Source: Octopus vulgaris (Eukaryota). From it: DNA of 64,000 bases. The DNA lies in contig OX597818.1 of assembly GCA_951406725.2 (NCBI GenBank), positions 24,924,001 through 24,988,000 on the forward strand, given 5' to 3'. The first letter of the stretch is position 1, and every line of letters starts with the position of its first letter. Positions 36,289-50,095 of the stretch are shown piece after piece. Under the pieces are notes generated by a model, which was given only the letters and a program-made list of their open reading frames with translations, ran no database searches and was not told the origin of the DNA. The translations under genes and the position numbers were made by a program.

Positions 36289-37499
36289 AAAGAGTTGGCT
36301 AAAAAGTTCATAGGCTAACCAAGGAATGTTGACCAAATGAGGTTTATTTTTCAACATAATCCTCCTTGCAATCTACTCACTTCTTCCATTGATGTTGCAA
36401 TGCTTGAATCACATTGGTGAAGAAGCTTTCATTCTGTTGGACAAAAATGTCATCAACAGCAGATATAATGTTATCCTCACTGTGCTGCTAGTTTTCTGCC
36501 AATTGTTTTTCATGTTGGAGAACAGATTGTAGGTGGAGCCAAATAAGGAAAATAGGAAAGGTGATCAACCAGTTCAAAACCACAATCACATACAACAGCC
36601 ATTGAAACCAAGGATTTGTGTGCTGGAGCATTTTTCTGATGAAACAAGACCCTTTTCATCAGTTTTCCTGGTGTTTGGTCTTGATAGCCTTTTGTAACTG
36701 CCTCAGCATAGTACTCTCCATTGATGGTGTGGCCCTTTTGAAGATAACCATCAAACACAATGCCTTTTACATCCCCCAAAACTGAGGCCATCACTTTCCC
36801 TGCAGATGAAATGACCTTAACCCTCTTTGGAGCAGGATTGTCTCAAAGTAATGAAGCCAACACTCATCCTGGGTTAGGAAATGTTCAAGGAAACCAGCAT
36901 GATCTGCCTCAAACGATGTCAGATTTTGCTGTGATGTGCTTTTGGTTAGTTGTCAGATGTGACACCCACTGAGTAGAAACCTTCATCAAACCCAAGTTCA
37001 TTGTGCAGAATATTCTCAACTCTCTCACAGGATATGCTAGTAGCATTGGCTATTTGATTTATAGTTTATCACCTGTCATCTATCACAATGTGGTGAACAT
37101 GGTCAATGTTTTCCTTGGTGGTGGAAGTTTCAGGACATCCAGACCTTGGGTCATCTTCAAGGCTCTCCCTTCCCCTCCTAAATTCAGTTGCCCACTTTCA
37201 CACATTGATAAATCTGAAGGCTTTATCTCCTAAAGTAGCAACTTTATCAGCATGAATGTCATTGGGGTTAAACCATTTTTCTGCAGATAGTTGATAACAC
37301 CATGATGGCAAATTTTGTCCATTTTCAACAGAAGTACTACTAGTTACTTTTGAAATCTTCTTTGAACAGTCAGATGTCAGTTTACATGGTAAGAAACAAT
37401 GCAGTTATTAATAAGACTTTGAAATTAATGCATGCAAGATTTCACAGCTGTAGCATCACTCCTTCATAGTCAGCCTATGAACTTTTCAGCCCATCTTTG
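36289..37499 (-). mobile_element. Full-extent degenerate mariner element (~1.2 kb)
   Basis: TIRs ggctaaaaagttcataggctaac / gtcagcctatgaacttttcagcc with TA flanks; GIVFDGYLQKGHTINGEYY, VLFHQKNAPAHKS, HLSYFPYLAP (YSPDLAP relic). Confidence 0.9.
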
Positions 37500-37920
37500 T
37501 ATGTGGAAGAAGACCAGGGAGACATGGGATGAAGTAGTTAATAATCACTAATCTCATGATGATAAGCCTTACAAGGGACACAATGAAGAACCAAGATGAC
37601 TTGTAACATGCAGTAATCAAGATGACCTGCTCATCTATGTAACCATAGCAAAACTAACATTAGCCCTTTTGATACCAACCTATCTTGGACAATACCAGGT
37701 TGTATGAATTAAAGTTCATTTTCAAGAGGTTTCAATTAAACCTTTTCATCAAAATTTCATGTTAATGTATGTTACAAATGTCAGCTTTATAATGACAAAG
37801 TTATTTTACTAAGTCCTTCATTATTTTCAAAATAATTCAAACAAAGGCAATATACTCCAACAGAAATATAGTAACAAAAGGGTTAAAAATGGTAGTAATA
37901 ATAGAGACTGGAGATATATA

Positions 37921-38458
37921 TTGATTTGATTTTCACTTGCCTCAACGGGTCTTCAAAACTCCACTTGTGAAGATCCGTTGAGGCAAGTGAAAATCAAATC
38001 AAAATCAAATCAAATCAAATCAGATATCAGAAAGCAGAACCAAAACCGAAGTTGATCAACATCAATGGAAATTGCGGCTGTGATACCAGTGCCGGTGACA
38101 AGTAAGCGAACCATCCGATCGTGGCCGTTGCCAGCGCCGCCCCGACTGGCCTCCGTGCCGGTGGCACGTAATATGCACCATCCATTCGTGGCCGTTGCCA
38201 GCCTCGCCTGGCCCCTGTACCGGTGGCATGTAAAAAGCCCCATCCGTCTGTGGCCGTTTGCCAGCTCCGTCTGGCACCTGTGCGGGTGGCACGTAAAAAG
38301 CACCCACTACACTCACGGAGTGGTTGGCGTTAGGAAGGGCATCCAGCCGTAGAAACACTGCCAGATCAGACTGGGCCGATGCAGCTTTCTGGCTTCGCAG
38401 ACCCCAGTTGAACCCATGCTAGCATGGAAAGCGGACGCTAAATGATGATGATGATGAT
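37921..38458 (+). mobile_element. RTE-family 3'UTR copy with a 5' fold-back and (GAT)n tail
   Basis: Tandem gtggcacgtaaaaagcacc units and ggagtggttggcgttaggaagggcatccagc as in 28500-28900; 35-bp inverted arms at 37921-38002. Confidence 0.85.
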
Positions 38459-38466
38459 ATATATGT

Positions 38467-38981
38467 GGAGGTGCAATGGCCCAATGGTTAGGGCAGCGGA
38501 CTCGCCATCGTAGGATCACGGTTTCGATTCCCAGACCAGGCATTGTGAGTGTTTATTGAGCAAAAATACCTAAAGCTCCACGAGGCTTCAGCAGGGGTGG
38601 GGGTGGGGGGGTGAACCCTGCTTTACTCTTTCACCACAACTTTCTCTCACTCTTTCTTCCTGTTTCTGTTGTACCTGTATTTCAAAGGGCCAGCCTTGTC
38701 ACACTCTGTGTCATGCTGAATCTCCTCAAGAACTACGTTAAGGTTACACGTGTCTGTGGAGTGCTCAGCCACTTGCACGTTAATAATGAGTTTGCGACGT
38801 CAATGGTGCCAAGCTGTATTGGCCTTTGCCTTTCCCTTGGATAACATTGGTGGCATGAGAGGGGAGGCTGGTATGCATGGGTGACTGCTGGTCTTCCATA
38901 AACAACCTTGCCCAGACTTGTACCAGGGAGGGTGGCTTTCTAGGTGCAATTCCATGGTCATTCATGACCGAAGGAGGTCAC
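38467..38981 (+). mobile_element. tRNA-derived SINE with A-rich tail
   Basis: tggcccaatgg (A box), ggtttcgattccc (B box), poly-A after 38981; reverse copy at 21138-21438. Confidence 0.8.
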
Positions 38982-39129
38982 AAAAAAAAATATATATATT
39001 AATAATATCAAGGGTATCAAGAAATATTAGAAATTTCTACTACCAGTGGCCCAGCATGTAAAAATTTAGTCAATAGACTATATATTATTCATTTAAATAC
39101 ACACTGTAAATGTACACTGTATTTATATG

Positions 39130-39165
<36 letters not shown>

Positions 39166-40299
39166 TCACACATTTAGGTCCCTCACTCAGTGTGTCTGTT
39201 ATCTGCTTCTCACCACTCTTATATCTTTATCACTCATCCCTCTATCATTCACTCTTCTGTCTGCTGTGTTATTCTGCCACTGTAATTAATGAAAGCAGAA
39301 CCTGTTACTACATATCATTACCCTTCCTGTTCTGTTAGTCCTCCATCCCACTCCCTTAACCACTTCCTATTGACATCCATCTCTTACTCTTGGCATCAAC
39401 TCCTCTCACTGACCAGACACTACCCCTGTTTACTTCTGATCACCTCCAACCCTATTTCTCTCAGTGCTCACTCTCTGTATCTACACTCTGGCAACCTTTA
39501 CCCACCCTCCCTGATTATTCTGATAGCATTCTCTCTTCATGTTATCCTCCTGGATGTGTTTTTGTGAGGGTACACTTTCTCCTCATCACTATCATTTTTA
39601 TCTCTCTTTCCTGCATCCCTATACCTTCTCATATATATTATGAGTGGTAGTCCTGAATCTCCTCTCACTTAATTTATTCTATCTTTATCATCTTTGATTC
39701 TGTCTCTGTCTGTTTGTCTCTCTCTCTCTTTCACACTCTAACCCATGATACTATTCTTTCTCATTCCCTTCTATTACCCATTTCCCTGGCATTGTCTCTG
39801 TCAATCTCTCTCTTTCACAACAATAAACCTGTTCCTCTTACATTACTCTAATTCCTCTCAATACCTAACCTAAAGTCATCACTCTCACTTTTATTTTCCC
39901 TCTCAGTTGTAAAGGCTCTCTTGTCTCTCAATTTAAAAAGTGACCTGACAAGTGCTGGTGCCACAATGAAAAGTGGTTGGCAAATCAAGCAGACAACATG
40001 GGGTTAAGAGGACTCTATGGTCTTATTTGGGGAATGACAGCTGGTGCCATGAAAAATGCTTCTAGTACACTCAGTAAAATGGTTAGTGTTAGGAAGAGCA
40101 TCAAGCCATAGAAACTATATCAAACTTAGATGTCTGAGCAAGATGTATTCATCTAACCTGTCTAGGTCTGTAACTCTAGTAAGAGTTGATGTGGGCTTTG
40201 TTAAACCATCCAATTCATGCCAGTATGGAAAACAGATGTAAAATGATTATGCTATATTTATCATGGAATAGCACTGAAAACCCACCCCATCATCAACTT

Positions 40300-42490
40300 T
40301 TTTCTTTCACATCAAATCCTAATCCTAACGCTATTTTCTTTTTCCTTGTCTCTTTTGTTACTTCCCCGGCAATGTTCCTTCTTTACTCCATCTTATACGC
40401 TGATGATCCAGTTCTTGTACTGAATCTATGGGGGTATTAGAGAGGTGGCTAAATCTAGAATCAACAGGCTTCAAGGTAAACCATCTCCAGAATTCTTCAT
40501 CAGCTTCCTCTGATGTTTGCTGGAAAAAAAATCTCTGTGTAGGACTTTCTCTTTCCATCTGTTGTCAAAACTGCCTTCCAGTTCCTCATTTTGTTTTTGA
40601 ATAAATAAATCATATTTTTAACAGCCCCGACCATCTCCAGGCATTTTAGAATCTATTAGTGAGGAACCATATCATAAGCCATTTATAGGCTTGTCAATCT
40701 TCTATAACAGTTCCTCAAAATTGCCTTATCTATTGGCAACTGATTCTTTGTTACTCATGATCACTTCCTGCAGCTTTCTCTTCATCTGTTAGCAGTTAAT
40801 TTCTTGCAAGATGGTCATAAAATTTCTTTCCTATTATTCCAGTTAGAAGTTTCCACATTATAGACAAACAAGCAGATGATACTTAATGACCACAGCACAC
40901 TTGGCTGGGCCCTTCTGAATCAACACAGCTCTTTCTTTGACCATCTATTCTGGTACAGTACCTTGGTGTACACAGCCTTGCGGAAGTTTTTGTAGTTTAG
41001 GATGTAAATTCATCAAAACCTTGAACCAAAAACCCCGAATTAGGTCCGGGCCTTCCAATTTCTCATCTTACCAACTCTTGCTTGAATATCATCCAACATA
41101 ATGGTAATGTCCTCTTGTATCTCCATGTTATTGAATTCTTCTTCCACTTCATGTTCCAAAACGAAGTTGATTCTTTGGGATCAGGTAACTCTGCTACTTA
41201 CTTATTTCCTCCAACCGTAGAACAGCTTCTGCTTTATTCTAAACAGTTGACTCTATTGAATTGTAGGCATCTTTCTTTGTATCTTTTGATCTTAATTCCA
41301 TTTGCTTCGATCTTTTGTTTTAATATATTCAATATAAATGGAGTGCCCTTATCCACTAGGAAATATTCCTTATTCATATTGTTTTGTTCTCTTTCATTGA
41401 GCCACTTACTTCCTTGATCTTACTTTAATCCTTCCTCCATATATTGATACTTACTTTTATTCTATTTTTCCAGAATGGTTCTTTGTTTCTCTGTATTTTC
41501 TCATCTCTAAACATTCTCATTTTCTGTGTGATGACACAAACAGTGGCATACATCAAGGAATTTAACTCAAAGTTGTCCTTAATTGGAATTCTCCTGACAA
41601 CTTTATTCACTTTCCTGAGTTCTGATCTTAGCTTTGCTCTATTGCAGGTCATCAATGATAACCTTTTCCTTTCTTCAAAGAACATTACTTCCAGAATTCT
41701 GTCACGGAAAGTTGCTAGTTCTGGGCTAATTTCTTGTAGCAACTGTCTAGTTTGAAGTACACTAATGTCTTCTATAGATGGTAGAATTCCTCCCTCCATG
41801 TTCAAGATCTGTAGATTCTCCTGTTCCATGGGTGTTCTGAATCAGTTGTCTGCTACAGCCCCTTTCACACTTCCATTATAATCTCCTCTTGATCTGTCTT
41901 CTTCAACCACTTTTTGACCTTATCTGATCAGCCAATCTTTGTTCACTCACATCCTTCAGTTCATCAATTTTCCAGAGCTCTAGTAACCTTTTCCAATAGC
42001 CTCTTTTTGTTGTACTCTTTTGTCCATTTTAATCTTCTTTGCTGTTGTGAGGCAGCAGTAGCTTGATTACAACCGGGACAGTGCTGCTGTTCCACAGGAC
42101 ACTTACTGGATGCAACACCTTTGCTAAAAGCTCCAGCGTCATGGATGTTATTAGGATTACTTTTCATTATTTCTCTCATAAATGAAGATTATGTTTTAGG
42201 CTTCCACTAACCAGTAGTTATATCATGTTACCATCACTAGACAGGTTGTCAGTCAAAACTTCCAAGAGGCTTGTCTGCTCTCATTGAAGCTAGTTATCCA
42301 GCACTAGTCGCCACCCGCAATATTTATCCTTGCAGCAAATTAAGACTCGTACAGTTGGGTGGCCATTGATTCTAATGAGTTCATTCACCCTTTAACAGGT
42401 TTTGTCTTTTTATCTTGCAGGGTGTCCAACAAAAGCCACCCTCTTTATCAGGTAAACGCTTGTTAGGTTTGCCAGTTTAGTCAAAACAAG
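40300..42490 (-). mobile_element. Degenerate, internally deleted R4/Dong-clade retrotransposon adjoining a (TAA)n array
   Basis: RRLKWTKEYN N-terminus; ELNSLMYA.VCVITQKM..KEPFWKNRI; GPDL..FWFK; AYDMVPH..ILKCLEMVG; (TTA/TTG)n at 42495-42547. Confidence 0.8.
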
Positions 42491-42548
42491 TTGTATTATT
42501 ATTATAATTATTATTATTATTATAGTTGTTGTTGTTATTACTATTATC

Positions 42549-42982
42549 AAGTAAGAGAGCAGTGCATGCCATCAAAGTGATGCTGGGGTACAAATATATG
42601 AAGCCTAATATACCCATTATGACTACCTGTCTGATAAGGGTACACCAGGCACACGCATCACAACCATATGTGGTCATCTCATATCAAGATAAACAGTGCA
42701 TGACCTTGCAGGTGGGGCCCAGTTATAGTTTTCTTCAGGTTGAATAGGCCATCCTACTCAAAAGATCCCTGAATAAGGGTTGTTATAGGATGAGGAATGA
42801 AACATAACTAAAAGACGTGCTCAACTGGTTACGGTCAAGCAACTGACAAGCAAATCCGCAGTATTGAGCAGAATATTTGTTGTAGTTCATCTTTTATACC
42901 AAGGCAAAACATATACATGATAAGACTTCCAATCAGTTGAGATCAGAAGCCATGAGAGCCACTGGCTGGTACTACTTCAGGG
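42549..42982 (-). mobile_element. Second copy of the TAA-flanked SINE-like element
   Basis: Reverse complement of 10596-11123 with different internal deletions. Confidence 0.8.
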
Positions 42983-43563
42983 AATTTAATATTATTTCGT
43001 CTGTCTTAAAGATGTTGAGTTCAGATTCCACCAAGATCAACTTTGTCTTTCATCTTTTTGGGGTCAATAAAATAGGTACCAGTTGAGCACTGGGGCATTG
43101 TAATTGACCAGCCTCCTTCCCCAAGTTTTCGAGCCTTGTGCCTATAGTAGAAAGGATTGTGTTTATGTTGCTCCTCACCAACTGTCAGTCATCTCATCTT
43201 CCCCACCTCCCTCCAAATCATATGTATCATTAGTCACCCTCACCCAACCCAATTTCTTCAGTTAATACCTGTTTTCTCTTCCCTGCCTTCTATCTCTGAA
43301 GATTTGTTCTTTCTTATATTCATTCTCTCACCCATTCTCTATCTCTAACCATCTTTTGTTTTTCATATATTCTAGTAATCTCTATATAACTCTATACATT
43401 TGCACTCCCTGTTTTCTATCCCTAGTCACTTCTACTTACCTTGTATCTTGAGAGTCTACCCAGCTCCACTCCAGCCACTCCTATCCTGTCTTCTATAATG
43501 TGAGCAATCATGTAGTTCTTCTACAGCAAGAAGGCTGTTCTGGCCCCTTCTCACACTTTAACC

Positions 43564-43843
43564 TTTTATATCCTTACGCCTCCAATATTGTAGTACAGAT
43601 ATTGTCAACAATAGATAAAGAATATACTGTAATAGTGTTATGACAATGCAAAATAGAAACAGCTGCACTAACAAACACACTTTTACAAACCAACAATCAA
43701 TATTTCCTATACATTCACTCAAACTATAAACTGTACCTGGACTTCAAAGACCATATTACGAACTGCTGACTACATCAAACCGCCTCTATTTATACGTAGT
43801 GGTCCTATCTATTCTCATCAGGTGTTGTACTCTTGCCACAACA
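43564..43843 (-). repeat. 3' LTR (PPT at 43844-43858)
   Basis: Direct repeat of 47858-48158; minus-strand PPT ctcaaaaggggaga abuts TGTTG. Confidence 0.9.
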
Positions 43844-46800
43844 TCTCCCCTTTTGAGATTTTGAGTTCTAAAGGAATAAAGAAATTTTATTATTATTTTT
43901 TAGTATCTTTTTTGCTTGGGCCTTATCTCAAGGTATTCGGTCTGCTTCCATTTTCTCATGCTAGTTCTATGGGACTCCATTACTTTCAGTGCTGGGACAT
44001 CATCGAATACATCAAAAAATACTTCCTTGGGAATTTCTCTCCATTCTTCAGTATGTCTCTTCTTTAGCTGATTTATGTATCTTATGTTCCCAGCATGGTC
44101 CTTTAATTAGATGCATCATACTTCCTATTGTTTTGGTTACAAGGCCATCCTCCCAGTGTTCTTTACTATTTCTGTAGGTTTTAAGATGCACTTTATTTCC
44201 TACTTCGAGATACTTCGTTGCGTCTTTCGTATTCCCTTTACATCTTTTTTTTTCTCTGGCAATAACTTATCAAAAATCGATTTTGTTCTTCTTGCGAATA
44301 TCAACTTTGTGGGTGACTTACCTGAATTTGTACTTAGATTGGGGGTTAATCTATATACTCTAAAGAATTTTGTTAGTGCTTCGTCGTTACTTAATTTGTT
44401 CCTAGCTTTTCTTAACGCTCTTTTCAACCTGTCCATTTGACCTTGGATGGTAGAGTGAAATGAGAATGTGCTTTATTGCATGCATTTTACAGAAGTTCTT
44501 GAATTCATATTCTGAGAATTGCATTCCATTATCAGAAACTAACATATCTAGAACACCATATAGCACAAACAATTCATATAGGAACTTTATAGTTGTCTTA
44601 GTTATTGGTATATTGCACCTGCATACCTCTGGCCACTTTGTACATCTGTCTACCATGATTAGATAGTAAGTGCACCTCATTGGTCTGGCATAATCGATAT
44701 GGGCTCTCAGTCTCCAGCCACGATTGATATTTTACCAGTTGGCCTTTGGCCATGAGCATGCAACCTCAACTGGTTCTCACCAAATTTTTGATATTTTGGT
44801 CTGTAGTCGGGCAATAGACCTAGCTCCTCATCAGAGTTTTCATCCTTGACATTTCCAGGTGTCTGCTGTGGAATTGCTGCAATACACGACTTTGTAATGT
44901 AGTCAGTACTACAACTCTTTGTGCATACATCAGAATATCATCGTATATTAAGAGACTACTCGAATTTGTTTTTTTTTCAGCTTATTTTTTAAAGCTTCTT
45001 TCATTTTTGTAATATGCTCATCGCCTACAGATTTCACTCTTATATCCTGTGCAGTCACTGGCAGTTCTTGGATAACATTAGTCATAATACATTTTATTTC
45101 ATTTTCTGCCTGCAATGTGACTATCATGGTATCTTCTAGTGGTTCCATATTTTTGGGAATTAGCCTCAATAGACAGTATGCATGACCAATATACTGCATT
45201 TTGAAATTGTAATTTAGTAATATTATACCCCAATATTGTAGTCAGTTCGCTGTATAGGTAGGTAACCCTTTCTTTGACCCATAAATTGATAGCAATGGTC
45301 AATGATCTGTTTGTAACAGAAAATTTCTACCATGTGAAATTTTTGTACAGTGAAGATAATCAATAGGGCTTCTTTTTCTATCTGACTGTATTTTTTCTCT
45401 GCTGTTATCAGCAAGCATAAAACCTGAATCACTGGTTTTGTACTACCATCTTATACTTGTGTAGCAAAACTGCTCCTAATCCATACTCTGAAGCATTAGA
45501 TGCTACAACAATGTCCATTTCAGGATCGAAATGTACTAGAGACAATTCTGCAATTAAAAGTTTTTTTATTTCTTCAAATGTGTTTTGGCATTTAACTGAC
45601 CAATTCCACTTTACTTCCTTTTTTAATAAGTCATTCAATGGAACTCTTAATTTGTACATGTTAGGAATGTAGTTTTGGTAGTAGTTTGTCAGCCCAAGAA
45701 ATGCTTGTAATGTTGATATATTTGTTGGAGTAGGCATATTCTTTATTGCATCTGCCCTCTATGGGTCAGGCCATCTACCATTTTTATCAATTATTTGCCC
45801 TAAGTACTTAATTTGAGGCAAAAAGAATTCACATTTTTCTTCACTCAAAGTGAACCTGTACTCTTTAATTTTCTTGAACACTGTTTTTATATTCTCCACA
45901 TGCTGTTCATGTGAATTACTCTCAATTAATATATTGTATAAATAAGGGATTGCAAGTTCACAATCAGATAACATATCATCCATGATTTGCTGAAATATTG
46001 CCGGTGCAACCTTTAATCCAAAAGGTAACTCAGTATATCTGTACAATCCTCTATGTGTATTCATTGTCAGATACTTTGAGAATTTGTCATTTACTTTAAT
46101 CTGTAAATAAGCGTCAGACAAATCCAATTTGGAGAAAATTTTTCCATCATTTAATTTTACAAAAATGTCCTCTGGAGTTGAGAGTGGATGGTGGAATGTC
46201 TTTAACCAGTTGTTCAATCCTGTAGAAAAATTGGCACACAGCTTAATCTTATTTTTCTTTTTAATGCACACTATGGGCACCGCCCACTTAGTATAATCCA
46301 ACTTTTTGATGATTCTGCTGCTTTTCCAGTCTGTCCATCTCTTGATTTATGATTTCAATTGCCATGAATGGTTTGTTTCTGTTAGATTTAAATACAGGCA
46401 TAGTGTTAGCAGGGCTTCAGTCTTTTTACATATACCTAAGTCCTCCGATAATACTTGAGGAAACATCTTTTTCAATTTTCTCTTCAATTCCTCAGATGAT
46501 TTATTTTTGACAGGACAATCATTTATGTTTTTGCAGTAGAGACTTAATGGGAGGTGCCATAAGTCAAATAACTCCAACCAATCTGTACCAAACAGGTTAT
46601 TGTATTCTCCACAATGAATATTTTTGCTTTATATGTTTCTCCTAGAAAAGTGATGTCTGTCCACATTTCGCCCATGAAATGTATCGCCCATCATGCTATG
46701 CGCAATTTTCACTGTTTTACATACCCTTGCCTTCCTAATTTTTCTCCATGTATCCGCATTTATGATTGAGATATTACTGCTCATGTCCAACTGCAGTTTA

Positions 46801-47857
46801 ATGTTTACACCATTTTTATGTGTACAAATTTTCTTGTTTTTGTGTCATATTCACTTTCTGCTGAAAACACCTTAGAACTTTTTGCGTTCAACCTTCATAA
46901 TCTTGTCATGCAGTGTGAGCTCTTGTAACCAAGTTTCTGACAACTATAGCATTTTTGGTTTTTAAATGGACACTTTTTTCTGAAGTGTAGGCCTCCACAT
47001 CTGTAACATGGATTCAGGCTTCGCACTCTTTTTTGGTTGTACTTTCCGGGTTGACACATCTGTATTTTTATGGCATCTTTCTCTTAAAATTTTTTCACAT
47101 CGTACTTCAGGTTTACCATTGTTTGACATTCTTCTGTAATGGTCTGTAGGGTTAAGTCTTGGTTCACTTGCTCCATCTTTGAGAGAATCCTTTCCCGAAT
47201 TTCTCTATCTTTGGTTGCTGTAAGACCTTGTATGAAGATAAGGGATTTAAACATAGCCTGAGTGAGTTTCTGAAGTTTAAAGTTTCCACATCTATGGTTG
47301 ACTACTCTGTTGTATGTAATAAAGTCATCGTCACTTTTTGTTAAGTTGCAACATTCCATTCGAGTGTTAAATAACGAACTTTTGTCACAAAAAATCTTTG
47401 AGTGCAATTCAGTAGTTTCTTGGAAACAAATCTCACTCAAGTTTTTAGGTAATATAAAGTTACAGTAGTGTTCATGCTTGGCCAGAGTTACCTTGCATAG
47501 TAATAGCCTCACTTTCTCCTCATCTGACCATGACTTGCAATCTTTGTTAAAAATTTCCTCGTACCTTCTATAGTATGCAGGAAATGTAATATCCTCTTCT
47601 GGATTATAAGTGAATTCAGAGATTTAGTTTGCCACGCTGTCTAGTGTAAACAAATTTACCAAATTTTCGGACTTCTTTGACTGTAACTTACTTAATTGTT
47701 GTGGTTATACTTGCTTCTGCAACTCCTGTAGTTATTTCTGTTACTTCTCTTGAAGCTGTATAACTGCAGCTAATAGGTTCTCCATAATTTAACAATTTTT
47801 ATAACGCACAAATTGTCAAATAACCTACCTGAGCTTCAAATAATTTTCATCGCCAGA

Positions 47858-48158
47858 TGTTATATCCTTACGCCTCCAATATCATAGTATGGTTGATATT
47901 GTCGATGATAGCTAAAGGATACACTATAACAGAGTTATAACAGTATAAAATAGAAACAGTGACAGTAACAAACACGCAATGAACCAACAATCTTTTACGA
48001 ACCAACAATTAATATTTTCAACACACTAACTCAAATTGTAAACTGTACCTGGATTTCAAAGACCAAACTATGAACTGCCAACTACATCAGACCGATACTA
48101 GTTATATGTAGTGGTCCCATTTATTCTTGTCAGAGGGTGTTGTACTCTCGCTACAACA
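47858..48158 (-). repeat. 5' LTR (PBS at 47844-47855)
   Basis: TG...CA ends; minus-strand TGGCGATGAAAA follows the LTR, resembling a decayed tRNA-Ser(GCU)-type PBS. Confidence 0.9.
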
Positions 48159-49251
48159 CCTCTAATCCCTTTGCATAAAATTGCCTCCTTCTCTATTGTA
48201 GTCTTAATGTTAGTATCTCAAAAAAGCACTCCTGCACATCTGTAAAGTGGTTGGCATTAAGAAGGGTATCCAGACATAGAAACACTGCCAAGCAGACATT
48301 GGAGCATGATGCAGGACCTGTCGATTCGTGTTAAACTGTTGAATCCATGCCAGCATGGAACATAGTTGTTAAATGGTGATATGAAATTTTCTATTTGCCT
48401 TAGCAAAATATAATTATGTGCTGAACAAAGTCAAATGCTGTGTGTTTTTGTATTTATTGTGTCAGGGTAAATTTTTATGGACATATTTATATAAAGTAGT
48501 ATAATTACCACCATCGTCACCATGAAAGTTATATCACCACAAGCTTAAGAGCATGAGTCAGTTAAAATGTAATATTTCAGGATACTTACACAGGCAGGGC
48601 TTATTAATTTTTGACAGATGGTAAAAGTGGAATGTCAATTGTAGACTTCAGCTGGTTAAAAAAATAACTTATAGTATACTGCTAAGTTACTACTAAAGTA
48701 ATGAAATATTAATAAAAATATACATAGGGATTATGTAGCTGTTAAATTAGCATAATTTTTATTAAGCTGTTGATGGAAAATTAGCAAGACAATTTTTTTA
48801 GATGATTTGATGACTACTAACTTTTGAGTTCAAATTCTACTGATATTCCTTTTTGCTATTAATCTTTCCAGTAGTACTCAAACAAGTTGTAGTTTTCTTT
48901 AATCTTTGTGTTGACTGTTGACTGTTCATCAATACATAAGTCTTGTGAAAATAGCTTTGTATTTTGGAGATAAATTAATATTTGAGTTAGGTATATGACA
49001 TCTAAATATTCCCAATTATTTAGTTTGTAAAAACATCCTGTCATTAGAGTTAGCCTATATTTGATACATAATTTGCAGTTATGTAAACAGAAGTAAAAAA
49101 TCAAGAGTACTTTGTTCCAGGACAAGCTGCAATGCCTCATAGTTTATTAGGCCTTCTGCAACACACAAACACCAATGCTAATACTAATCAGTGAATTCTA
49201 TTTTGACTATAAATAATTCAATTATATTTCTATAGCTGTTATAATGCAATC

Positions 49252-49775
49252 ATTTTTGAATATCCAATTGCTAATTCTGGTTTGTTAAATATATTATCTA
49301 GTAATTTTTCTGTTGTTGCTCCAATCAAGTTACTACCTGTAATGCCATTTCACATGTCTTGCTTTATCTTTTAACAATATCCTCTCTTCTAGTATGAAAA
49401 ACATAAGAACTAGTAATTAATTTTAAAAAGGAAGAATGACTTTGTAACAAACAGTCCTATATAAATGGCGGTGCCCCAGCATGGCCACAGCTCATGAGCT
49501 GAAACTAGAATCAATTTTTGAATATCCAATTGCTAATTCTGGTTTGTTAAATATATTATCTAGTAATTTTTCTGTTGTTGCTCCAATCAAGTTACTACCT
49601 GTAATGCCATTTCACATGTCTTGCTTTATCTTTTAACAATATCCTCTCTTCTAGTATGAAAAACATAAGAACTAGTAATTAATTTTAAAAAGGAAGAATG
49701 ACTTTGTAACAAACAGTCCTATATAAATGGCGGTGCCCCAGCATGGCCACAGCTCATAAGCTGAAACTAGAATCA
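49252..49775 (+). repeat. Tandem duplication with a 262-bp unit
   Basis: atttttgaatatccaattgc... starts at 49252 and 49514; one visible substitution (ctcatg/ctcata). Confidence 0.95.
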
Positions 49776-50095
49776 ATCAATCAATCATATAACACTTCTC
49801 AGCTTTCACTTTATTGATTTAAACAATATTAGTTTTATTTTGTGAGGGTACATGGCCTTGCAGTTAGGGTGTTACTCTCATGATCACAAAATCTTGGGTT
49901 TGATTCCTGGACTGGGCAGCGCATTGTGTTCTGGAGCAAAAAACTTCATCTTGTGTTGCTCTACAATCACTTCGATATCTAATTTGATTGATGGAGTGAA
50001 CTCATTTGACCTCTACAAATATATCATCTGCGCAGTTTGTTCAGTAAGAAATTGCTGGACTGTCTTCCTTGGACGAGACAGACTGCCATTATTAT

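Larger units (their letters stand above)
43564..48158 (-). mobile_element. Complete but decayed Ty3/Gypsy (Mag/K02A2.6-like) LTR retrotransposon
   Basis: Order gag (YCNFILPK, SLFNTR), two CCHC-like knuckles, protease region, RT (FSKLDLSDAYLQI, LPFGL, AIFQ), RNase H (NASEYGLGAVL, YSQIEKEAL), integrase (LVSDNG.QF, YHPRSNGQ); two LTRs, PBS and PPT. Confidence 0.93.

Noticed and set aside
38467-38545. tRNA-like sequence (also at 55615-55690)
   Set aside because: A and B boxes continue into SINE bodies, with no convincing cloverleaf or terminator
39180-39930. Long pyrimidine-rich tracts (also 23230-23560 and 43160-43560; purine-rich at 23880-24330)
   Set aside because: Low-complexity strand skew with no periodicity or coding signal; probably old repeat debris
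42270-42370. HDV-like ribozyme in the Dong 5'UTR
   Set aside because: gccaccc/gggtggc and ctagt/actag helices exist, but there is no pyrimidine-rich L3/P1.1 and no convincing P2
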